From: a virus
Lineage: Duplodnaviria; Heunggongvirae; Uroviricota; Caudoviricetes
Strand: one strand, 5' to 3'
Virus record (IMG/VR): IMGVR_UViG_2565956762_000002
Span: 1-35,833 of that record
Length of the DNA: 35,833 nt
Shown: positions 1 through 9,292 of the stretch, piece by piece
Layout of the letters: each line of letters opens with the position of its first letter
Numbering within the stretch: position 1 is the stretch's first letter
Made by a program: the position numbers and the translations under genes
The notes under the pieces: generated by a model
The model's input: the letters and a program-made list of their open reading frames with translations, nothing else
The model's database searches: none
Told to the model about the DNA's origin: nothing

Positions 1-1521
1 TTATTCAGGCTTTAATTTATTGATAATAGAATCTACCATTTTAATGCCTGCCTCATTGACTATGACTGAATTGACTACTCTATCAAAATAGTCTTCTATA
101 TGGTGGGAAAATAGGAAAGCAGCACTTGATGGTTTTTTGTTCTTTTCAACTGCAGATTGCAAGACTTCATGAGGCGGAATTTTAAACCTTTTGCATGATG
201 CAATGAGATATTCAAACTCTTCAAATGATAGACAAAAAATATTCTCTGTAGGGATATGATAGTTATGTTTAAACTTGTCATATATCTTATTCATCTCATC
301 TTTAGCATAAGTATTAGCTAGGATACTACCATTGCCTAAGAAAAGGTTTTTATATGTAATGCAAATGATATATGAGTTAGCCCTGAATGGAGCTATTATT
401 CGCTCATTAGAGTATATTTCTCGATTAACTTCGTGAGATTGTTCGATTGCTTTTAATACCGATTTCTTTATTTTTCCTGCAATATCCTCAGGGCGTAATG
501 TTACCATGCCTTTTTGGTGTATCTCAACGCCTTTAGCATCAATGAAAATATTTGCCTCAGTATGTGGAATGAAATAATCAACTACTTTATTATCTTTAGG
601 TAGTCGTTCTTTAAGGTATTTTTCGTTATGAAAATCAATTTCGCTTTCTTTTAGTATTAATTCCAGTGCATTTTCAAATACATTTCCAAAGCTATCCATG
701 AACTTCTCGGCATCAGTTCTTCTTAAAAGATCATATATGAACGTCTGTATGCTTGTTGAAGTCAGTTGTGTGTGTATCTGAAAATACTCTGAACCTTTTT
801 TTATTAATGGTTTTTCAAGAAAAGGTGATGATGAGTAGTATTCAAGCAAAGGTTTATCATAGGTTTTTGATTTGCAAAATGTAGATAGTTCATTGTAATT
901 TATTGATATTGCATCAAGAAATTTCTCAATGGTATTTCTAGGAATGATGTCAAATAATATAGTAAATGTATCTACATTCATTTTTCTCACGGGATGCTCT
1001 TCTGTTATGTGAGTTATTAATATGTAAGATAGCTTAAGAAAGTCTTCGATAGATACATTCGTGATAGTAAAAAAACTTGTCTTTATTTTATGGTTTTTTT
1101 CAAGTTCTGAAAATAGAAAGACTTGTCTGCTAATTGTGTTTAGAGCGTCAATTTTCTGGTAGATTCCTTGTTGGTATAGATTATTTCTAATGAAGAAATG
1201 CATGCCATTCTTCCTCTCAAGACCGATAGGAATAATGTTCAAGGTTTCATAAGTTTTTTGGAAGAGTTTTATTGCTTGATTTTTATCGAGGATTTTGAAT
1301 TTTTTATTCTTGCCAGTTACTGACGCAGACCACTTTAGACATAAATTAACAATCCAAGGCATGTGTCGTAACATGTGGATATTATCTTCAAATTTTTGTA
1401 AGTTATATTGCATACACAATTCGATAAATAAATCAGGGGAATAACCTTGGATTTCTGAACGAATAGCATCCATTCTTAACTTTGCAACCGCATCAGATTG
1501 AATATCTAATTTTTGAATCAC
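1..1521 (-). CDS. Hypothetical 506-aa protein, integrase-adjacent cargo gene
   Basis: Uninterrupted minus-strand ORF ending with TAA at 1-3. GTG start at 1519-1521 lies 13 nt downstream of the int stop and is preceded by GGAGA (revcomp of 1526-1530), suggesting co-transcription with int. Visibly AT-rich versus the phage backbone. No motif I can assign. Confidence 0.6.
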   Translation of the reverse strand: MIQKLDIQSDAVAKLRMDAIRSEIQGYSPDLFIELCMQYNLQKFEDNIHMLRHMPWIVNLCLKWSASVTGKNKKFKILDKNQAIKLFQKTYETLNIIPIGLERKNGMHFFIRNNLYQQGIYQKIDALNTISRQVFLFSELEKNHKIKTSFFTITNVSIEDFLKLSYILITHITEEHPVRKMNVDTFTILFDIIPRNTIEKFLDAISINYNELSTFCKSKTYDKPLLEYYSSSPFLEKPLIKKGSEYFQIHTQLTSTSIQTFIYDLLRRTDAEKFMDSFGNVFENALELILKESEIDFHNEKYLKERLPKDNKVVDYFIPHTEANIFIDAKGVEIHQKGMVTLRPEDIAGKIKKSVLKAIEQSHEVNREIYSNERIIAPFRANSYIICITYKNLFLGNGSILANTYAKDEMNKIYDKFKHNYHIPTENIFCLSFEEFEYLIASCKRFKIPPHEVLQSAVEKNKKPSSAAFLFSHHIEDYFDRVVNSVIVNEAGIKMVDSIINKLKPE

Positions 1522-1533
1522 AATAGGTCTCCA

Positions 1534-2547
1534 CTACAAATTATAAAGAGGATTTTTAGTCACCGCGTCTTCAAGGTGATCGGGCGAAAAGTGGGCGTAA
1601 ATCATGGTCATTTTTATATCGGCATGACCCAAAATATCACGCAGTACCAGTATGTTTCCGCCGTTCATCATAAAGTGACTGGCGAATGTATGGCGAAGCA
1701 CGTGGGTGCATTGGCCCTCCGGTAGGTCAATACCGGCCCGCTTTACTGCCCGCTCAAAGGCTTTTCTGCATGGCGTGAATAACTTTCCTCTGTTTTTGGG
1801 GAGTTCATCATACAGATCCTGAGATATCGGCACAGTACGGTTTTTCTTGCCTTTTGTTTTTGTATAAGTAATTCGGTATTTCGATATTTGATGGCCCTGC
1901 AGATTTTCGGCTTCACTCCACCGTGCGCCAGTAGCCAGGCATATTTTTGCAATCATTAGTAAGCTAGGGCTTTGAGATTCAGCACATGCCGCCAACAGGC
2001 GCTTGATTTCGTCCGTGGAAAGAAAAGCCAGCTCACCTTCGGCAATTTTGAAGGTCGGAAGTCCTGCCAGCGGGTTTGGTGCTGACCAGTGTCCTAGTTT
2101 TTTTAATGTACCGAACACAGATGATAGATTGCGCTGTTCAAGGTTTACCGTGCGGGGCTTAACGGGCGACATCAGCGTGCCATCTTCATTTCGCACTTCA
2201 CCTTTTAGCCGTGCTTCGCGGTATTTCGTAAAGTCACCGGCAGTCAGCTCTGAAGCGATGGGATCGCCCAGACCATTACAGATAATTCCAAGTTTCGCCA
2301 TGAGTCGCTTGGGGTCTGCGAGTGTTTGACCATACAGGGAATACCACAGCTCAATTAATTCTGATAGGTGTCGCCGATCTTCCTTTTCTCCCAGCCAAGG
2401 TTTCTTGTTTACCTCGTCCATGGTGAAATTCTCAAACGCAATGGCTTCGCCTTTCGTCGCAAATTGTTTGCGTACGCGTTTGCCATCTCGCCCGTTTGGG
2501 TAGCATTCACATAACCACTTTCCGTTCGGCTGTTTTCTGATGGTCAT
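1534..2547 (-). CDS. int: Tyrosine recombinase / phage integrase (P2/186 family)
   Basis: 337-aa ORF with the C-terminal catalytic region typical of tyrosine recombinases (HVLRHTFASHF ... DIKMTMIYAH). Sits divergent from the early operon, adjacent to the repressor, as in P2/186. Confidence 0.92.
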   Translation of the reverse strand: MTIRKQPNGKWLCECYPNGRDGKRVRKQFATKGEAIAFENFTMDEVNKKPWLGEKEDRRHLSELIELWYSLYGQTLADPKRLMAKLGIICNGLGDPIASELTAGDFTKYREARLKGEVRNEDGTLMSPVKPRTVNLEQRNLSSVFGTLKKLGHWSAPNPLAGLPTFKIAEGELAFLSTDEIKRLLAACAESQSPSLLMIAKICLATGARWSEAENLQGHQISKYRITYTKTKGKKNRTVPISQDLYDELPKNRGKLFTPCRKAFERAVKRAGIDLPEGQCTHVLRHTFASHFMMNGGNILVLRDILGHADIKMTMIYAHFSPDHLEDAVTKNPLYNL

Positions 2548-2548
2548 A

Positions 2549-3181
2549 TCAAAGGCTCTTAATGATTTTCAGTGCGCGGCCTATTACCTCAATGTCATCC
2601 AGTTCGCACTCAAACGATGAATCATCCTGATGCACTACTAATCTGTTTCCCGGGAGTCGTGTCAATTTTACAATGCTTTTTATCCCGTCGATGTCCACTA
2701 ACCACGTACCATTTACTGGTGGTGTTTGGTTGCGATCTATTAAATAAGAATCACCAGAAGTAGTCACCAGCAGCAGGTTGCTTGAGTCTGAGGGGAGTAT
2801 GCTGCTATCAATGATTGCTTTTCCAGCATCGATCAGCAAACCTCCGTTGAGAGTTGCCTTGTCAATTTCAGGAGATACAAGCTCCGAAAGAGGTTTAACT
2901 TTGCTAGAGTTCACGGAATTGATATTTTTTTTAGGGTCAATGTTTGAACCTGGATCGCCCTGTCCGGTAGTTAGCCACAGTAAAGAAACTCCTGTTTCCA
3001 AAGCGCACTGAATCACCCATTCTGCAGGAAAACTATCTCTTAAGTATCTGTTTGCCATAGTGCTTTTTGATGCGCCCAAGTGATCGCAAAGTTGCTGTCT
3101 GGACTTGAAATCATAGGCTGCCATTAGCCTATGGATAGCCTCTCTTCCCCCTGTATTCTCGCCAGCTTTTACTTGTATCAT
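2549..3181 (-). CDS. cI: Immunity repressor, 186 CI-like
   Basis: 210-aa ORF between int and the divergent early operon. Motifs recalled from 186 CI (NRYLR ... CALETG ... LWLTTGQG ... GTWLVDIDG ... LTRLPG ... FECELDDIEVIGR). Confidence 0.85.
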   Translation of the reverse strand: MIQVKAGENTGGREAIHRLMAAYDFKSRQQLCDHLGASKSTMANRYLRDSFPAEWVIQCALETGVSLLWLTTGQGDPGSNIDPKKNINSVNSSKVKPLSELVSPEIDKATLNGGLLIDAGKAIIDSSILPSDSSNLLLVTTSGDSYLIDRNQTPPVNGTWLVDIDGIKSIVKLTRLPGNRLVVHQDDSSFECELDDIEVIGRALKIIKSL

Positions 3182-3193
3182 TTTTTAATCCTG

Positions 3194-3245
3194 TTGACGT
3201 ATCAAATATTGGATCGTAGTATCTTGGTGTATCAAATATTGAATC
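3194..3245 (+). promoter_or_regulatory. Candidate rightward early promoter with two direct-repeat operator-like sites
   Basis: -35 TTGACG (3194-3199), 17-nt spacer, -10 TAGTAT (3217-3222). A 17-bp direct repeat GTATCAAATATTG(G/A)ATC occurs at 3199-3215 and 3229-3245, 30 bp apart, in the cI-apl intergenic region. Confidence 0.4.
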
Positions 3246-3300
3246 AAATAAAACAAGATAAAACGACGTAAACCAAACCTTAATCGAGAGATACTGCACT

Positions 3301-3549
3301 ATGAGCAACGACATTTCAATTCGTGTACCAAAAGTGATGGCGACACCAGCTGAGTTCGCGGAATGGGAAGGCCGCTCTCGCGGTTCGGTATATCAAATGA
3401 TTCATAATGGTAAACTCGCTAAATTCTTGGAAAGAAAAGAAAAACCGAAAGACAGAGTATGTATACGTTACCTTGAGTACAAAAAGGAACAAGTCAGGAA
3501 AAACATGGGCCAATCCAATTTCAACTTTAATGTCATCGTTGGTGACTAA
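3301..3549 (+). CDS. apl: Apl/Cox-like excisionase and transcriptional regulator (HTH)
   Basis: 82-aa first gene of the rightward operon, divergent from cI, with an Xis/AlpA-like HTH segment (TPAEFAEWEGRSRGSVYQMIHNGKL). Confidence 0.7.
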   Translation: MSNDISIRVPKVMATPAEFAEWEGRSRGSVYQMIHNGKLAKFLERKEKPKDRVCIRYLEYKKEQVRKNMGQSNFNFNVIVGD

Positions 3550-3581
3550 GTTCAATTATGAGAACTTTCTAAGGGGGCAGC

Positions 3582-4091
3582 ATGTTTGATTACAAGATTT
3601 CCAAACATCCGCATTTTGATGAAGCCTGTAGAGCTTTTGCACTACGTCACAATATGGCAAAGCTGGCAGAACGTGCAGGAATGAATGTTCAGACACTGCG
3701 AAACAAACTCAATCCAGATCAACCGCATCAGCTCACCGCACCAGAAATCTGGTTGCTTACCGATCTGACTGAAGATTCAACGTTGGTAGACGGTTTTCTG
3801 GCACAGATTCATTGTCTGCCATGTGTTCCGATTAATGAGGTGGCAAAAGAGAAACTGCCGCATTACGTCATGAGTGCAACTGCAGAGATCGGGCGTGTTG
3901 CTGCAGGTGCGGTATCTGGCGATGTAAAAACCAGTGCAGGTCGTCGTGATGCTATCAGCAGCATTAACTCTGTAACACGACTGATGGCGCTGGCGGCTGT
4001 TTCATTGCAGGCCCGTTTACAGGCTAATCCTGCGATGGCAAGTGCAGTTGATACTGTAACTGGCCTCGGTGCGTCATTCGGTTTGCTGTGA
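3582..4091 (+). CDS. cII: CII-like lysogeny establishment regulator (186 CII family)
   Basis: 169-aa ORF with RBS GGGGG upstream. Sequence (MFDYKISKHPHFDEACRAFALRHNMAKLAERAGMNVQTLRNKLNP ...) matches my recollection of 186 CII closely; same length and position. Confidence 0.88.
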   Translation: MFDYKISKHPHFDEACRAFALRHNMAKLAERAGMNVQTLRNKLNPDQPHQLTAPEIWLLTDLTEDSTLVDGFLAQIHCLPCVPINEVAKEKLPHYVMSATAEIGRVAAGAVSGDVKTSAGRRDAISSINSVTRLMALAAVSLQARLQANPAMASAVDTVTGLGASFGLL

Positions 4092-4098
4092 GGTGCTT

Positions 4099-4299
4099 AT
4101 GCTGACGAAAGAACCATCATTTGCATCGCTGCTGGTAAAACAAAGCCCGGCAATGCACTACGGTCACGGCTGGATCATGGGGGAGGATGGTAAACGCTGG
4201 CATCCGTGCCGTTCACAAGATGAATTGCTGGCAGAACTATCTACGAAAAAACGGGGGAACAAATGGCTATTGAAGGCGCTGCGGCGACTGTTCCATTAA
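4099..4299 (+). CDS. Hypothetical early protein (position of 186 fil)
   Basis: 66-aa ORF with ATG at 4099 preceded by GAGGTG; lies in the early operon after cII. Confidence 0.5.
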   Translation: MLTKEPSFASLLVKQSPAMHYGHGWIMGEDGKRWHPCRSQDELLAELSTKKRGNKWLLKALRRLFH

Positions 4300-4604
4300 G
4301 CCCCGGAGAACGCCTGAATGGACTTAACCATATTGCGGAGTTAAGGGCGAAAGTATTTGGCCTGAATATTGAGTCAGAGCTTGAGCGGTTTATTAAAGAT
4401 ATGCGTGATCCACGGGATATCAATAACGAACAAAATAAACGGGCACTGGCTGCTATATTCTTTATGGCAAAAATTCCAGCTGAACGTCATAGCATCAGCA
4501 TTAATGAGCTGACCACTGACGAAAAGCGGGAGTTGATTAAAGCAATGAATCATTTTCGTGCAGTGGTGAGCTTATTTCCCAGACGGCTAACCATGCCGAA
4601 TTAA
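4263..4604 (+). CDS. Hypothetical early protein
   Basis: 113-aa ORF with G-rich RBS upstream, in the early operon. Confidence 0.5.
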   Translation: MAIEGAAATVPLSPGERLNGLNHIAELRAKVFGLNIESELERFIKDMRDPRDINNEQNKRALAAIFFMAKIPAERHSISINELTTDEKRELIKAMNHFRAVVSLFPRRLTMPN

Positions 4605-4671
4605 CCAACTAATGAAATTAATGGCGTAAACCCGCCGGGTATCCCTTTATCTAAATTCAGGAGAATTGATT

Positions 4672-4905
4672 ATGCGTAATATTGAAACCCTCACGACTAA
4701 AACCGGACCGGATGATGCAGGGCTTAATATTTTACTGACAGAGGCTCGTCTGGAAGAACGCCGGGCAAGGGCTGAAGCAATGGCAGCTCGCCTTGATAGC
4801 CTGGCGTGTCATATCACATCCCGCCAGCTAAACCACGTCGAAGCAGCAGAACTACTGCGTGTAACTGCTGAAGCAATCCAGAACGAAGCGCAGGAGATCC
4901 ACTAA
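4672..4905 (+). CDS. Hypothetical early protein
   Basis: ATG at 4672 preceded by AGGAG about 8 nt upstream; 77 aa; the six-frame ORF extends to 4666. Confidence 0.5.
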   Translation: MRNIETLTTKTGPDDAGLNILLTEARLEERRARAEAMAARLDSLACHITSRQLNHVEAAELLRVTAEAIQNEAQEIH

Positions 4906-5132
4906 TGGCTGATGCAATGGATCTTGTACAGCAGCGCGTTGAAGAAGAACGCCAGCGCCATATTCGTGCTGCCCGTGCCAAAACGCCGGGCGTGTCCCGC
5001 GTGCTTTGCATTGAGTGTGAAGCGCCAATTCCGCCAGCACGCCGCCGCGCCATTCCAGGTGTGCAGCTTTGCATTACCTGTCAGGAAATCGCAGAGCTGA
5101 AAGGCAAACATTACAACGGAGGTGCTGTATGA
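4905..5132 (+). CDS. TraR/DksA-family C4 zinc-finger protein
   Basis: 75 aa with CxxC-(17)-CxxC (CIECEAPIPPARRRAIPGVQLCITC), typical of phage TraR-like proteins; start overlaps the previous stop. Confidence 0.8.
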   Translation: MADAMDLVQQRVEEERQRHIRAARAKTPGVSRVLCIECEAPIPPARRRAIPGVQLCITCQEIAELKGKHYNGGAV

Positions 5133-5986
5133 GCACCATCCTGAAATGGGCGGGAAATAAAACCGCCATTATGTCCGAACTGAAAAAACACCTTCCTGCT
5201 GGCCCGCGACTGGTTGAACCTTTCGCGGGTTCCTGTGCTGTGATGATGGAGACGGATTACCCCAGCTATCTGGTTGCGGATATTAATCCTGATTTAATCA
5301 ACCTCTATAAAAAGGTTGCCGCTGATTGTGAATCGTTTATATCTCGCGCCAGAGTTTTATTTGAGATCGCAAACAGGGAGGTGGCTTATTACAACATAAG
5401 GCAGGAGTTTAATTACTCCACTGAAATTACTGATTTCATGAAAGCGGTATATTTCCTGTATCTCAATCGTCACGGTTACCGTGGTTTATGTCGCTATAAC
5501 AAGAGCGGGCATTTCAACATTCCCTACGGTAATTATAAAAATCCGTATTTCCCTGAAAAAGAAATTCGCGCATTTGCAGAAAAAACCCAGCGGGCAACGT
5601 TTATTTGCGCCAGCTTTGATGAAACGCTGGCGATGTTGAAGGCGGGGGATGTGGTGTATTGCGATCCGCCGTATGACGGCACGTTTTCCGGTTATCACAC
5701 TGACGGCTTCACTGAAGATGACCAGTATCACCTGGCATCCGTTCTTGAACATCGGTCATCAGAAGGACATCCGGTCATTGTTTCTAACAGTGACACATCC
5801 CTGATCCGTTCGCTGTATCGCAATTTTACTCACCACTACATCAAGGCAAAACGCAACATCGGTGTGGCAGCTGGAGAGGGTAAATCAGCAACAGAAATCA
5901 TTGCTGTTTCCGGGCCGCGCTGCTGGGTGGGATTTGATTATTCGCGTGGCGTGGACAGTTCTGCCGTGTACGGAGTACGTGCATGA
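5129..5986 (+). CDS. dam: DNA adenine methyltransferase (Dam-like, N6-A MTase)
   Basis: N-terminal SAM motif region LKWAGNK, FAGSCAV and catalytic DPPY ([10 protein letters not shown]). Start chosen at ATG 5129 ([11 protein letters not shown]) rather than the upstream in-frame 5069. Confidence 0.9.
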   Translation: MSTILKWAGNKTAIMSELKKHLPAGPRLVEPFAGSCAVMMETDYPSYLVADINPDLINLYKKVAADCESFISRARVLFEIANREVAYYNIRQEFNYSTEITDFMKAVYFLYLNRHGYRGLCRYNKSGHFNIPYGNYKNPYFPEKEIRAFAEKTQRATFICASFDETLAMLKAGDVVYCDPPYDGTFSGYHTDGFTEDDQYHLASVLEHRSSEGHPVIVSNSDTSLIRSLYRNFTHHYIKAKRNIGVAAGEGKSATEIIAVSGPRCWVGFDYSRGVDSSAVYGVRA

Positions 5987-8397
5987 GTCATGCCGATATG
6001 AACAACTGCTGCGGCTTTAACGAGGCTGCCGCAGCATTCTCATGGAACAGCCCGAAAAAGGCCATTAACCCTTATCTGGACCCGGCGGAAGTTGCGCCGG
6101 TTTCTGCGCTTTCAAACCTGATCACTCTGTACGCTGCCGATAACGAGCAGGAACAACTGCGCCGCGAGGCACTGAGTGATCAGGTCTGGGAGCGTTATTT
6201 CTTTAATGAATCCCGTGATCCTGTCCAGCGCGAAATGGAGCAGGATAAGCTAATTAGCCGGGCAAAGCTGGCGCATGAGCAGCAGCGTTTTAATCCAGAC
6301 ATGGTCATTCTGGCGGATGTCAACGCCCAGCCTTCCCATATCAGCAAGCCGCTGATGCAACGTATTAAATACTTCAGCAACCTGGGCAGGCCAAAGGCCT
6401 ATTCCCGCTATTTGCGTGAGACGATTAAGCCATGCCTGGAACGACTGGAGCATGTACGCGACAGCCAGCTATCTGCATCTTTTCGTTTTATGGCAAGCCA
6501 TGAAGGGCTGGACGGTCTGCTGAGCCTGCCTGAAATGAGTCAGGATCAGGTGAAACGCCTGTCCACCCTTGTCGCTGCGCATATGAGCATGTGTCTTGAT
6601 GCCGCTTGTGGTGATTTGTACGCCTCCGATGATGTTAAGCCGGAAGAAATCCGCAAGACATGGGAAAAGGTGGCAGCAGAAACCCTGCGACTGGATGTCA
6701 TACCGCCTGCGTTTGAGCAACTCCGCCGGAAAAGAAACCGCCGCAAACCTGTGCCCTATGAACTCATTCCGGGTTCGCTGGCGCGTATGCTGTGCGCCGA
6801 CTGGTGGTATCGGAAATTATGGAAGATGCGTTGCGAATGGCGGGAAGAGCAGTTGCGTGCTGTCTGTCTGGTCAGCAAAAAAGCATCTCCCTATGTCAGC
6901 TATGAAGCCGTGATGCATAAACGTGAGCAGCGCCGTAAGTCGCTGGAGTTTTTCCGTTCTCATGAACTGGTGAACGAAGACGGCGACACGCTGGACATGG
7001 AGGATGTGGTAAACGCCAGCAGCAGCAACCCTGCGCATCGCCGCAATGAGATGATGGCCTGTGTTAAAGGCCTGGAGCTTATCGCGGAAATGCGCGGTGA
7101 CTGCGCCGTTTTCTACACCATCACCTGTCCGTCACGTTTCCATTCCACGCTAAATAACGGCAGGCCCAACCCGACCTGGACAAATGCGACGGTAAGACAA
7201 AGCAGTGATTATCTGGTTGGCATGTTTGCTGCATTTCGTAAGGCGATGCACAAAGCCGGATTGCGCTGGTATGGCGTGCGGGTGGCTGAGCCGCATCATG
7301 ACGGTACAGTTCACTGGCACCTGTTGTGTTTTATGCGCAAAAAAGATCGCCGCGCCATTACTGCTTTGTTGCGTAAGTTTGCCATTCGTGAAGACCGCGA
7401 GGAGCTGGGGAATAACACGGGACCACGCTTTAAGTCTGAGTTGATTAACCCGCGCAAAGGAACGCCGACAAGCTACATCGCGAAATATATCAGTAAGAAC
7501 ATTGACGGGCGTGGTCTGGCTGGCGAGATCAGCAAGGAAACGGGTAAATCCCTGCGTGATAACGCTGAATACGTGAATGCCTGGGCGTCTCTGCATCGTG
7601 TTCAGCAATTCCGCTTCTTTGGCATTCCGGGGCGTCAGGCTTACCGTGAACTGCGATTGCTGGCTGGTCAGGCGGCAAGGCAACAGGGTGACAAAAAAGC
7701 AGGTGCGCCGGTACTGGATAACCCGCGCCTTGATGCAATCCTGGCTGCTGCTGATGCTGGTTGTTTTGCCACCTACATCATGAAGCAGGGCGGCGTACTG
7801 GTTCCCCGTAAATATCACCTCATCAGAACTGCTTATGAAATCAACGAAGAGCCGACCGCCTATGGCGATCACGGCATTCGTATTTATGGCATCTGGTCAC
7901 CTATTGCAGAGGGCAAGATCTGCACTCATGCCGTGAAGTGGAAAATGGTTCGTAAGGCCGTTGACGTTCAGGAGGCGGCAGCCGACCAGGGCGCTTGCGC
8001 CCCTTGGACTCGTGGCAATAACTGTCCCCTTGCTGAAAATTTGAACCAACAAGGGAAAGACAAATCAGCTGATGGGGATACCAGGACGGACATTACCCGC
8101 ATGGATGACAAGGAGTTGCACGATTACCTGCACAGTATGAGCAAAAAAGAGCGCCGGGAACTGGCTGCAAGGTTACGCCTGGTGAAACCGAAACGGCGTA
8201 AAGACTACAAACAGCGAATTACAGACCATCAGCGACAGCAGCTCGTCTATGAACTGAAGTCAAGAGGATTTGATGGCAGCGAGAAAGAGGTCGATCTGCT
8301 CCTTCGCGGTGGCAGTATTCCGTCAGGAGCAGGCCTGCGTATCTTCTGTCGGAACCAGCGTTTGCAGGAAGATGATAAGTGGCGAAACCTGTATTAA
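5983..8397 (+). CDS. A: Replication initiation protein A (rolling-circle initiator, P2 gpA family)
   Basis: 804-aa ORF at the conserved position after the early genes; HxH motif (VHWHLLCF) and size consistent with P2/186 A. Confidence 0.9.
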   Translation: MSHADMNNCCGFNEAAAAFSWNSPKKAINPYLDPAEVAPVSALSNLITLYAADNEQEQLRREALSDQVWERYFFNESRDPVQREMEQDKLISRAKLAHEQQRFNPDMVILADVNAQPSHISKPLMQRIKYFSNLGRPKAYSRYLRETIKPCLERLEHVRDSQLSASFRFMASHEGLDGLLSLPEMSQDQVKRLSTLVAAHMSMCLDAACGDLYASDDVKPEEIRKTWEKVAAETLRLDVIPPAFEQLRRKRNRRKPVPYELIPGSLARMLCADWWYRKLWKMRCEWREEQLRAVCLVSKKASPYVSYEAVMHKREQRRKSLEFFRSHELVNEDGDTLDMEDVVNASSSNPAHRRNEMMACVKGLELIAEMRGDCAVFYTITCPSRFHSTLNNGRPNPTWTNATVRQSSDYLVGMFAAFRKAMHKAGLRWYGVRVAEPHHDGTVHWHLLCFMRKKDRRAITALLRKFAIREDREELGNNTGPRFKSELINPRKGTPTSYIAKYISKNIDGRGLAGEISKETGKSLRDNAEYVNAWASLHRVQQFRFFGIPGRQAYRELRLLAGQAARQQGDKKAGAPVLDNPRLDAILAAADAGCFATYIMKQGGVLVPRKYHLIRTAYEINEEPTAYGDHGIRIYGIWSPIAEGKICTHAVKWKMVRKAVDVQEAAADQGACAPWTRGNNCPLAENLNQQGKDKSADGDTRTDITRMDDKELHDYLHSMSKKERRELAARLRLVKPKRRKDYKQRITDHQRQQLVYELKSRGFDGSEKEVDLLLRGGSIPSGAGLRIFCRNQRLQEDDKWRNLY

Positions 8398-8489
8398 TTA
8401 CGCGGGTTAACAATTCGTGCTCTTAATAATACCAGGCATATCAGGCTGATGAACGTAAAAAAACGTTTTACATCAGTAAGATTATTATA

Positions 8490-8509
8490 TACTGTAAATA
8501 TAAACAGTG
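8490..8509. promoter_or_regulatory. LexA (SOS) box
   Basis: TACTGTAAATATAAACAGTG matches the CTGT-N8-ACAG consensus exactly; located upstream of the small ORF and DinI-like gene. Confidence 0.6.
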
Positions 8510-8550
8510 GCTATGCATACAGTGTTGCTTGTGGTGTCATAGGAGGAAAG

Positions 8551-8739
8551 ATGCAGGACTATTTTTTGGAGTCTTTGAAGCTCCAGCGCATTGATTTTTT
8601 TCTTAAGCTTGTAGCGGCTAGTGAGTGTAGTGATGAAGAGAAGGGGCTGGCTTTGCAGTGGGTTTCTGAACTGACAGATGAACTCATGGCAAAAATCAGA
8701 ACTCACGAATACAACCGCTCAATGGATGTCATCAGCTGA
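8551..8739 (+). CDS. Small hypothetical protein, possible Tum-like antirepressor N-terminal part
   Basis: ATG at 8551 preceded by strong RBS AGGAGG; 62 aa; immediately downstream of the LexA box. Confidence 0.5.
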   Translation: MQDYFLESLKLQRIDFFLKLVAASECSDEEKGLALQWVSELTDELMAKIRTHEYNRSMDVIS

Positions 8740-8749
8740 GGTGACTTTT

Positions 8750-8983
8750 ATGCGCATTGAAATAATGATCGATAAAGAGCAGAAGATTAGCCAGTCTACC
8801 CTGGACGCCCTTGAATCCGAGCTTTACCGCAATCTGCGCCCCCTGTATCCCAAGACGGCGATCCGCATTCGCAAAGGCAGTGCCAACGGTATCGAGTTGA
8901 CCGGCTTAAAACTTGATGAGGATAAGCAGCGGGTAATGGAAATTATGCAGAAGGTGTGGGAAGACGACAGCTGGCTGCATTAA
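8750..8983 (+). CDS. DinI-family protein
   Basis: MRIEIMIDK ... QRVMEIMQKVWEDDSWL resembles DinI; the frame is open upstream to 8678, overlapping the preceding ORF. Confidence 0.75.
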   Translation: MRIEIMIDKEQKISQSTLDALESELYRNLRPLYPKTAIRIRKGSANGIELTGLKLDEDKQRVMEIMQKVWEDDSWLH

Positions 8984-9117
8984 GAAACGTTGCTGGCGTC
9001 TGAACTTGTTTCTGGCGTCAGCAAGGTTGAACAACGAGCCCTTGCGAGGCGTTAGCTCTGTAGTGCATGTCTATGCTGCATGAGATCGCATGATCGTTTG
9101 AGGATCGTTTTTGCTAA

Positions 9118-9143
9118 GGCCCGCCAGAACTGGTGGGCTTTTG
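9118..9143 (+). terminator. Rho-independent terminator of the early operon
   Basis: GGCCCGCCAG-AA-CTGGTGGGC hairpin followed by TTTT. Confidence 0.5.
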
Positions 9144-9187
9144 CGTAGATCATGCAGGTGCATGAAAACCACTACATAAAGCGGGCA

Positions 9188-9206
9188 GGCGTGGCGGGGA
9201 TACGAG
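9188..9206. other. Candidate cos (cohesive-end) sequence
   Basis: GC-rich 19-mer GGCGTGGCGGGGATACGAG resembling the 186/P2 cohesive-end sequence as I recall it (GGCGTGGCGGGGAAAGCAT), about 13-15 of 19 positions. Confidence 0.35.
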
Positions 9207-9292
9207 CGCGCGCTTAGCCATGAATCTGTGGACTTGATGGTGAAGCTAAGGTAATTTGTATCAAAAAAAGCAGTACAATAGGGATATATAGA

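Noticed and set aside
5069-5128. Upstream in-frame extension of the Dam ORF (start at 5069)
   Set aside because: The conserved Dam N-terminus begins at [11 protein letters not shown] (5129), and the extension overlaps the TraR-like gene.
7150-7872. 240-aa minus-strand ORF inside replication gene A
   Set aside because: Antisense within A; no independent start signals.
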